Of a stretch of 64,000 bases of DNA, positions 57,629-64,000 are shown one piece after another. The stretch comes from a virus (taxonomy: Duplodnaviria; Caudoviricetes). The stretch spans positions 3,431 to 67,430 of the IMG/VR virus record IMGVR_UViG_3300026549_000080; one strand, 5' to 3'. Below the pieces are notes generated by a model. That model had not been told where the DNA came from. It did not search any database and saw nothing but the letters and a program-made list of their open reading frames with translations. The number at the start of each line of letters is the position of its first letter. The first letter of the stretch is position 1. The position numbers and the translations under genes were made by a program.

Positions 57629-58789
57629 ATGAAAAGAATTTATTTAAAACTGGTAATGATATTATTTATATTTGCTTTTAGTTTTTCTTTTAGCTCGGCC
57701 GCATCAGACGTACAATTAAAAGATTACAATACAATACCAACTATTACAGCTGGAAATTCATATGTAATTTTTGGTCTTATCGAATCTAAAAATAAAATGA
57801 GTCGAGTTGAGGTCGGCGCAGTAGACGTAAAAACAAATAAATGGGTTATTAAGTATGATAAGAAAATTAATACAGATAATTTTAGTCTTTCTAAAGCAGA
57901 CCCATATGTAAAATTTGGAACTTTAAAAGCGGGAAATTATAAGTATCGTATTTATGCTCACTCAAAAGGAAAGGTATATACTTTATTAAATCAATCCTTT
58001 ACTGTAAGGCCAAAACCAATTCAATTTAAAACTGTTAAGGAACAACAAGAATTTCTTAATAGAGTAAATGAGGGAGTATATACTGGAAAGCTTGTTATTG
58101 ATGGGAAGAAAGGACCCAAAACAGTCGCAGCTATAAAAATTTTCCAGCAAGTTGAAGGATTAACAGTAGATGGAAAATGGGGCAAAGCCACAGAAGCAGC
58201 TTCAGATAAGACAATTAATGTAACTGGAAAGCGTAAAGCTATTAATTGGGCTTGTAGTGTTGCTAATGATAATTCTTTTGCTTATGGAACTGGGCAAAGA
58301 GCGCATAGAAGCGGTTGTTATTTTTGTAAAACAAATACTGGCGATAGAAAATGGAAGAAAGAAAAGAAAGGTGAGCCGCATAAAGTAAATGGGCATACTT
58401 ATACTAAAACATATTGTTGCAATCCTTTTATAACAGCTGCTTATGCTCATGGCGCCAAAGATGCAAAACTTTATAATATATGTCATGCTGGTGCCAGCTG
58501 TGGGATGACCGCAGGTGATTGGAAAAAAAGTCCATATTTTAAAACTCTTGGCAAATGTAAAAATGTTTCTTTTAACCAGTTAAAGGCGGGAGATGTTATT
58601 CTTTCTAATAGTCCAGGTGGAGCAAAGTGGCATCATGTTTGGATGTATATTGGACATAATAGATATGTAGAAGCCTCTGGTGGAAAATGGGATTCTAATT
58701 CTATTGCTGTAAAAGAAAATGCAAAGAAGAATTATAATAATAATTATGCAAAATATAATGGCACTACTGTAATAAGATACAGTAAATAA
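57629..58789 (+). CDS. exported peptidoglycan hydrolase (signal peptide + PG-binding + NlpC/P60-like)
   Basis: Sec-type signal, IDGKKGPKT..A/VDGKWGKAT repeats, YCCNPFITAAY Cys, HHVWMYIG His. Confidence 0.7.
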   Translation: MKRIYLKLVMILFIFAFSFSFSSAASDVQLKDYNTIPTITAGNSYVIFGLIESKNKMSRVEVGAVDVKTNKWVIKYDKKINTDNFSLSKADPYVKFGTLKAGNYKYRIYAHSKGKVYTLLNQSFTVRPKPIQFKTVKEQQEFLNRVNEGVYTGKLVIDGKKGPKTVAAIKIFQQVEGLTVDGKWGKATEAASDKTINVTGKRKAINWACSVANDNSFAYGTGQRAHRSGCYFCKTNTGDRKWKKEKKGEPHKVNGHTYTKTYCCNPFITAAYAHGAKDAKLYNICHAGASCGMTAGDWKKSPYFKTLGKCKNVSFNQLKAGDVILSNSPGGAKWHHVWMYIGHNRYVEASGGKWDSNSIAVKENAKKNYNNNYAKYNGTTVIRYSK

Positions 58790-58906
58790 ACGGTGTTTCG
58801 CAGCCTTTAAATGCGAAGTTTATATATATCTGTGACGGTTCTGACAGAATAAAAACTGACCGAAGCATGAGACGTCGCGCCAGCGTCGGTAAATAAATGG
58901 CGTCAT

Positions 58907-58974
58907 GTCTTTGTAGTGTAATGGAAACACACCTAAGTAGTTAGGAGACGGTAGTTCGAATCTATCCAAAGGCA
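58907..58974 (+). ncRNA. tRNA-like RNA with 4-nt loop replacing the anticodon loop
   Basis: Acceptor GTCTTTG/CAAAGGC, D arm, CCTAA-GTAG-TTAGG, T arm GGTAG-TTCGAAT-CTATC; no CCA. Confidence 0.7.
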
Positions 58975-59037
58975 ACTAAAATTTGCTTTTATTAAAAATT
59001 TCTTATATACTATATATAGAAATAAGGGAGAGAAAAA

Positions 59038-59394
59038 GTGAGAAGATATTTAATTTATGCTTGTGATGATTACTTTGACGGTTATCATGGAATGGATCGT
59101 ATAGCGATTGAAGAGTGCCAAGATTTAGATGAAGCCTGTGCTTTGGGAGAGTCTTATTCTATCGAAGTTATAGAGTCTTATCCAGATATTTATGATATAA
59201 TGAAAGATAGATTGGACGAACTTATTTCAAATGGTTATTCTAATGAAGAGGAGCTATGGGACGAAGTAATTCAAGATGATATTAAATATGAGGTGACAGA
59301 AATTAATGAAGACAAAGCTGGTTTTTACTTAACTGATGAACTTGAAGAAATGGCAATAAATGATTATGGAAATTTTTATAAAAAATTTACTTAA
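59038..59394 (+). CDS. acidic hypothetical protein
   Basis: 118 aa, GTG start, own promoter. Confidence 0.6.
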   Translation: MRRYLIYACDDYFDGYHGMDRIAIEECQDLDEACALGESYSIEVIESYPDIYDIMKDRLDELISNGYSNEEELWDEVIQDDIKYEVTEINEDKAGFYLTDELEEMAINDYGNFYKKFT

Positions 59395-59770
59395 TGGGTG
59401 ACTCTGGAACCGAGTTGATTGGACTCCTAAAGCAAAAACATCCAAAGACGTCTAATGCGGGGTCGGCGCGTAGTAAATGATCCCACCACCCAGCTCGTAG
59501 TTAGTGTTGCGCTGAAAGGCTGTGGGGAACTCCAGGGAAACTCCCTGCAAGAAGGGTTGAGCCTTTACTCAATTGAGTAGTCAGTAACCTGTAAGACTTT
59601 AAAAAACAGAAGTGCGCGAGGTAATATACCCACAAATAAACAAATGGAAATTCCGCGCAAAGGTTTAAACTAAGGTTGGTAGATTACCGAAATCTCTACT
59701 GCTTTGTAAGATGGCACGCAGAAATTTTACACTCGTAAGTGGGGTAGTTATATGACTACCCCTGGTACCA
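59395..59770 (+). ncRNA. unassigned large structured ncRNA candidate (~375 nt)
   Basis: No ORF; stems TGGGTG/CACCCA, CAGGGA/TCCCTG, GCGCG/CGCGC, GGGGTAGTT/GACTACCCC; ends ACCA. Confidence 0.55.
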
Positions 59771-59909
59771 AAAAATTTGCAATATTTTTAAAATATTGAT
59801 ATAATATATATAGAAAGTGAGAGAGAAGTTCCGCAATCGGCGAGGTTTATTACACCGTACTATGACGGGAAACGCACCAAAGAGTAGTTAAATATCATAG
59901 TATTGACGA

Positions 59910-59982
59910 CGCAGGATGATGCAGTGGTCAGCAGCGGATGCTCATAACTTCCGAGTCGGTGGTTCGAATCCACCTCCTGCAA
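59910..59982 (+). tRNA. trnM: tRNA-Met(CAU), initiator-like acceptor, no encoded CCA
   Basis: C1:A72 mismatch, G2-C71, C3-G70, loop CTCATAA, TTCGAAT T-loop; A73 abuts ribozyme. Confidence 0.82.
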
Positions 59983-60039
59983 GAGATACGATAGTTACTA
60001 CCTCCACGTGGTGTATCTTGGATAATGCTAAAAGTAACT
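59983..60039 (+). ncRNA. tRNA-associated HDV-like theta ribozyme
   Basis: P1 GAGATAC/GTATCTT, P2 AGTTACT/AGTAACT, P3 ACC/GGT, L3 TCCACGT, P1.1 CC/GG, J4/2 GCTAAA; G1 directly after tRNA N73. Confidence 0.88.
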
Positions 60040-60065
60040 TAAGTGATAATATGATAGATAAGTAG

Positions 60066-60132
60066 GCCGCAGTAGCTTAATCGGTAAAGCGTCCTGGAAA
60101 CGGGGAGATGTGGTTCGAGTCCAACGGTGGCT
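60066..60132 (+). ncRNA. degenerate tRNA-like RNA with GAAA tetraloop in place of anticodon loop
   Basis: TAGCTTAATCGGTAAAGC D arm, TCCTG-GAAA-CGGGG, TTCGAGT T-loop; imperfect stems; no CCA. Confidence 0.55.
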
Positions 60133-60254
60133 GAAAGTTTATCTAAGTTATCACGATGGAATGTCGCAGAGTAAACTGCGACCTCGCCGCGAAGGAGAAT
60201 CAGAGCTAAATCAACTTTTGGTAGTAATGTGGTTTAACTACTTATTATACCAAC

Positions 60255-60790
60255 TGACCCATATAAATCCTGAATTGACAGGATAACATGCACACAGAAG
60301 ATGTGCGGAGACGCGAAGCGAAAGTGAGCGTACTCGTCTCGTGAGCGACGTAATGCTATGGGTGAGGCTTGTGTAGCCAACAAGTTAGCAAATACACAAC
60401 TTTTGATAAAGATTCTTATGTACCTCTCATAGCAGCATGTGCAGCTGAAGTATCCAATATAAGAGTCGAACATAATCTATAACAATCCAACATAAGTAGT
60501 TCCGGAACAATGCTTATGAGATCGCCGCCTGACGCAACAGGTCGCGCCTCTGAAATGGACGGGCGTGATACAACAATACTCACCGTGGATTGATCACCAC
60601 AATAATTTCGGAAATGTAGAGAATGGATCCGTGGAACGAGCGAGAAGTTATAGACCAATAAATTGCTCTTACCATTGAGGGCAAATCAATGGCGCGAAGG
60701 TTCCTGCGTAAATGAACCCCTCTGGCATACTGGTTTGTATGCTAACCTGTAAACTATGGGCGGGAGATTAGATTCTCTTACCCATAGGTG
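60255..60790 (+). ncRNA. unassigned large structured ncRNA candidate (~530 nt)
   Basis: Follows putative late promoter; stems ATCCTG/CAGGAT, GAGACG/CGTCTC, CATAAGTA/TGCTTATG, CCATTGA/TCAATGG, GCATAC/GTATGC, CTATGGG/CCCATAG. Confidence 0.55.
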
Positions 60791-60795
60791 TCTAT

Positions 60796-60870
60796 GGTCC
60801 TATGGTCAAGTGGTTAAGATGCTGCCTTTTCATGGCGGCGACCTGGGTTCGACTCCCGGTAGGACTACCA
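60796..60870 (+). tRNA. trnE: tRNA-Glu(UUC)
   Basis: Loop TTTTCAT, TTCGACT T-loop, ACCA. Confidence 0.9.
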
Positions 60871-60957
60871 TTTACCAGTGTCATGGTACACCTCCTTTTG
60901 ATAGGTCGCCATAGGTTGGTTTTGACTTATGGCGATCGCTTTATATTTTGTTAGATT

Positions 60958-61071
60958 GACGTGGGGTTCTGGTTTAAGCGAGTTCGACTCTCGCGACCCT
61001 GTGATTGTTATCCGCTTTATGGATAATGAAGTCTAACCACTTAAAGTCGTCAGGCCGTTAGGCAGGGCGTC
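60958..61071 (+). ncRNA. small structured RNA containing an isolated tRNA T-arm
   Basis: GCGAG-TTCGACT-CTCGC flanked by GGGTT/GACCC, then TTATCC/GGATAA and GTCTAAC/GTTAGGC stems. Confidence 0.4.
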
Positions 61072-61165
61072 TTTATTTTAATAAATTTTTAATGACCAGT
61101 AATTTTTTTTCTACTTATAATTAGTAGTTAATTTTAAAATATTATTTAAAATACTTGGAGGAAAT

Positions 61166-62803
61166 ATGAGTAGTTTTTATCCACACAATAAGCCGCCAGA
61201 ATTTGCTTATACAACAAAATTTTTGACAGTTGGTAATGATTGGAAAGGCGCTTCATATTCTAATACTGTATATCCAGGACTTTATTCTCCAAAGGGAGAT
61301 ATGGTTGCAAATAAAGCTTTAACTAATTTAGAAACTCTTTTAAATAGTGCTCGTGCCGCGGAGTTAAATTTTTTAAGTGCAACTGGAATTAATTTAGAAA
61401 ATCCTAATGCTAGTAATATTTTTAGAAATATAAATAAAATATTTAATTCTAAAGAAACCTTTGAAAGAGGACTGAAATACATGGAAGAGTTAAATAAAAT
61501 AGGAAGAATTAAAGATGAGAAAACACATACTTATAGAGATGTAAGTAGTTTTTTTGAAACCTATTTAAATCAAGAATTATTAAAATTAGATGGAAGAAAA
61601 ATAGTACATATGACTCCAGAGCAAATTAAACAACAGATTAATGATATTATTGGTAATGCTTTGATTAGAACCTATGAACAGGTTCAAGATTTTGTTGATA
61701 AACAAGGTAATAGACGTTTAATGATGGGAGATAGTGGGGTCGGTAAAGCTGCACCTAATATAAGTACTGGTGAGCACGCAGAACAAGCGGTTACTGATAT
61801 GATAAAAGTTATTAAAGAGTTACAATCAACCGGAGCTTTTGGAGACTACGGTTATTTATTTGATATTGGCGGGAGAGATTTGTTAAATCAGGTTAAAAAC
61901 TTAAAAAAACAAAAAAGAAATGCAAAAAGAAGAAAAACTAAAGGCTCGCCAGGCAAATATAAAGAGGCGAATGTAACAAGTAATTATCAAGGAAATATCT
62001 TAGAATTAATAACTACTTTAGCTGCGTCACATATTGGAAATATTAATATAAATAATAGTGGTTTAACTATTAAAGGTGTCCATACTGGACAAATGAATCA
62101 AATGAAAGCTGATTCAATATTATTGGTGGGAAGAGGTAATATTGACATAAATAAATATTTTAAAGATTATATTTCAGATACTCAAGGTACTGATTATACA
62201 TCTGTAAGAGCACAAAATGTATATGCTATAAAAAATTTTTTAGATAGATTGGGTGATAATATAGAGCATGTAATTATGGTAAGTGATAAAAATCTGAGTA
62301 TTACAGCTAATTTTAAGGGGGCTGAAGCCCAACGAGAAGTAAAACTTAGAGATATTGGACAGATGTTAGGCGAGTTTGGAGTTAATGCTTCTACTAATTT
62401 AATTAATTATCTTGCTAATTGTGGGCCAAGTATGGTTCAGGGAGAGTGCAATAGCGAAATAAAAACTATGTTACAAACTATGATTGGATATTTTTTGTTC
62501 GATCATTTAGAAATTAATATTGGAGTTAAAGCATCTGGACCAAATGTAGTAAATTTATTAAATATAAGTGGTATATATATGCCACTATCTGTATATTTAG
62601 AGGGATTATTAAAAAGTATTAAAGAAGCAACAAGCAACCCATCTAGCTTTGTTAATGTTACTATTCACCTAAGTGGTCCTACTTCTGCTGATCCAAATTG
62701 GACTGAAGAGGTATGGGAGGATTTTAGAGAACAGCGAGAAGTAGATTCTTATTTATCGTATAAAATAGTAAAAGATATAGCTAGTTTTATTTCCAGTTTA
62801 TAA
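61166..62803 (+). CDS. hypothetical protein (545 aa), late-promoter driven
   Basis: CTACTTATAATTAG upstream; no recognisable motif; followed by terminator. Confidence 0.65.
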   Translation: MSSFYPHNKPPEFAYTTKFLTVGNDWKGASYSNTVYPGLYSPKGDMVANKALTNLETLLNSARAAELNFLSATGINLENPNASNIFRNINKIFNSKETFERGLKYMEELNKIGRIKDEKTHTYRDVSSFFETYLNQELLKLDGRKIVHMTPEQIKQQINDIIGNALIRTYEQVQDFVDKQGNRRLMMGDSGVGKAAPNISTGEHAEQAVTDMIKVIKELQSTGAFGDYGYLFDIGGRDLLNQVKNLKKQKRNAKRRKTKGSPGKYKEANVTSNYQGNILELITTLAASHIGNININNSGLTIKGVHTGQMNQMKADSILLVGRGNIDINKYFKDYISDTQGTDYTSVRAQNVYAIKNFLDRLGDNIEHVIMVSDKNLSITANFKGAEAQREVKLRDIGQMLGEFGVNASTNLINYLANCGPSMVQGECNSEIKTMLQTMIGYFLFDHLEINIGVKASGPNVVNLLNISGIYMPLSVYLEGLLKSIKEATSNPSSFVNVTIHLSGPTSADPNWTEEVWEDFREQREVDSYLSYKIVKDIASFISSL

Positions 62804-62808
62804 TATTT

Positions 62809-62834
62809 TAGACCGCATAACTGCGGTCTTTTTA
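62809..62834 (+). terminator. intrinsic terminator
   Basis: AGACCGCA-TAAC-TGCGGTCT plus T tract. Confidence 0.75.
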
Positions 62835-62903
62835 ATTTGAAAATTTCTCAAATTTTTGCTATAATAAATTATAAGATAAAAAAGATAAAGAAAGGAAATC
62901 ACA

Positions 62904-63095
62904 ATGTACGAATACATCATTTCAGGAAACTATATCTCTACTACTCCAGAAGGAAAAGAAACTGAAAAGTATTTTTCAGAAACTATCAATGCTAATACGA
63001 ATACCGAAGCCATGCAGATGGTAATTGGCAAATACGCTTGGCTTGAGAGTAAAGATGGAAATACATTTTATCTTACGTTCATAAATTATCGTTAA
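62904..63095 (+). CDS. hypothetical protein
   Basis: 63 aa, TTGAAA-17-TATAAT promoter and SD. Confidence 0.6.
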   Translation: MYEYIISGNYISTTPEGKETEKYFSETINANTNTEAMQMVIGKYAWLESKDGNTFYLTFINYR

Positions 63096-63111
63096 AGAAA
63101 GGAGAATTACT

Positions 63112-63540
63112 ATGGGACTTGATCTTACTCTTTATGCAAAAACAAAAGATATTTCATTTGAACTCGCGTATGGAAGAAAAACATGGGCAATTTCTGATTT
63201 CTTTACTGAAGTTTGTAAATGTGAAGAAATAGATGATGGTTTTATTTATCGCGTAACTAAAAAAGACTGGGATAAGTTTATTGGTGCGGTTAAACCATTT
63301 CTTATTTATCCTGGTTTTGTATCACTTATTGAATGTTATGATGATTTAGAAGACAAGTATGGTATGATTGAAAATGTGTTTCATTATTTTCTTGATGAAA
63401 CAATAGGTGGCTACGGTTTTAATTATCAGCTCGGCGCAGAGTGGGAAGCTTATGCGGTAGTTCAGTGGTATAAAGCAAATGAGAAGGTTCAGAAAGCCTT
63501 TGAAGATGGCGCAGATATATTTCTTGAAAGGAGTTATTAA
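63112..63540 (+). CDS. hypothetical protein
   Basis: 142 aa, MGLDLTLY start common in phage early proteins. Confidence 0.65.
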   Translation: MGLDLTLYAKTKDISFELAYGRKTWAISDFFTEVCKCEEIDDGFIYRVTKKDWDKFIGAVKPFLIYPGFVSLIECYDDLEDKYGMIENVFHYFLDETIGGYGFNYQLGAEWEAYAVVQWYKANEKVQKAFEDGADIFLERSY

Positions 63541-63684
63541 ATGAATGAAAGAATAGTAGAAGTATCGCTTGATGAATTTATGTTTTCATTCGAGGTTGAT
63601 CAGCCAGACGAAATGAGTGAGGATGATTTCTACCACATGGTAGTAGATTATGTATTAAGTCATATAAATGTGGAGGTAATTTAG
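63541..63684 (+). CDS. small acidic protein (47 aa)
   Basis: Read by hand; AAAGGAG SD. Confidence 0.5.
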   Translation: MNERIVEVSLDEFMFSFEVDQPDEMSEDDFYHMVVDYVLSHINVEVI

Positions 63685-63731
63685 AATTGGATTAATTCTT
63701 TTTAATATAAAGAAATCGAGAGTGAGAACGA

Positions 63732-63914
63732 GTGATGGAAGTTAAAATTAATCTCAATGAAAAAGTGAAATTTAAATTGTCTGAACGTGGTAAAGAAATT
63801 TACAGACATAGGTATGATGGATATGGATTTGAGTATGATCGAGAGCCAAAGTCAGTATGTGAAGACGCTATAAGCAGACAGGCGGCGATTGATGCGCTAC
63901 AAGGCAGAAAGTGA
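63732..63914 (+). CDS. hypothetical protein
   Basis: 60 aa, EDAISRQAAIDAL motif. Confidence 0.45.
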   Translation: MMEVKINLNEKVKFKLSERGKEIYRHRYDGYGFEYDREPKSVCEDAISRQAAIDALQGRK

Positions 63915-64000
63915 GGGATAAAGACATGGGGCTTGATTATCACGCAGTGTTGGTAAACAAAGATGGAATAGTTGAATATATCAGACCTTGTGGAACATTA

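Noticed and set aside
58830-58862. preQ1-I riboswitch
   Set aside because: Topology is similar but the ligand-pairing C at the end of the loop is absent and no queuosine gene follows.
59395-59770. tmRNA or RNase P RNA
   Set aside because: No tRNA-like domain with T-loop or Ala identity pair; no GAGGAAAGUCC or ACAAAAC universal motifs.
52784-60039. Stop-codon recoding, often linked to theta ribozymes
   Set aside because: Long ORFs are intact in the standard code; TAG and TGA are used as real stops; no CUA or UCA suppressor tRNA seen.
60134-60220. A fourth HDV-like ribozyme (GAGCTAAATCAAC resembles J4/2-P2)
   Set aside because: No consistent P1/P3/L3 could be drawn upstream.
61045-61071. SRP RNA domain IV (TCAGG...GCAG)
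   Set aside because: Missing the GNRA loop and AGCAG symmetric-loop consensus.
1204-63914. Many short overlapping or antisense ORFs in the ORF track (for example 3170-3490, 12410-12670, 35341-35730, 55605-55931, 60416-60658)
   Set aside because: They are shadows of real genes, tRNAs or ncRNAs, lacking SD sites and with atypical composition.

Overview
This is a 64-kb internal segment of a large AT-rich dsDNA tailed phage infecting a Firmicute. Strong GGAGG Shine-Dalgarno sites, sigmaA-type TTGACA/TTGAAA-17-TATAAT promoters and a GH25 endolysin support that host; a gut or rumen Clostridia host is inferred. The standard genetic code is used. Layout: (1) 1-22.3 kb, minus strand: a near-complete replication module (DnaE, RecJ, primase, DnaB-like helicase, AAA/Sak4-like ATPase, SSB candidate, GyrA, GyrB, UvrD-like helicase, nucleases) plus a GIY-YIG homing endonuclease. 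(2) 22.4-38.5 kb: distal tail, tail fibre and lysis genes. (3) 38.8-41.6 kb: a self-contained six-gene cassette of unknown function. (4) 42-49.6 kb: a second cluster of adhesin/Ig-like virion-type proteins. (5) 50.6-52.7 kb: dNMP-kinase-like protein and ATP-dependent ligase. (6) 52.7-61.1 kb: an RNA island with about 13 intact tRNAs, tRNA-like RNAs, three HDV-like (theta-type) self-cleaving ribozymes and three large structured ncRNA candidates. The best candidate for an undescribed system is a ~700-nt GOLLD-like RNA bracketed by two HDV-like ribozymes. Double cleavage would release it with 5'-OH and 2',3'-cyclic-phosphate ends, which are ligation/circularisation-compatible. Other highlights: a third ribozyme positioned to cut exactly after the discriminator base of a CCA-less tRNA-Met; endonuclease cassettes carrying replacement copies of their apparent targets (recJ 3' end, tRNA-Pro); tRNAs with a co-varied alternative elbow; a gyrase with quinolone-resistance-type residues; and strong over-representation of GGCGCC-type palindromes. 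All calls were made by eye with no database searches or folding runs.
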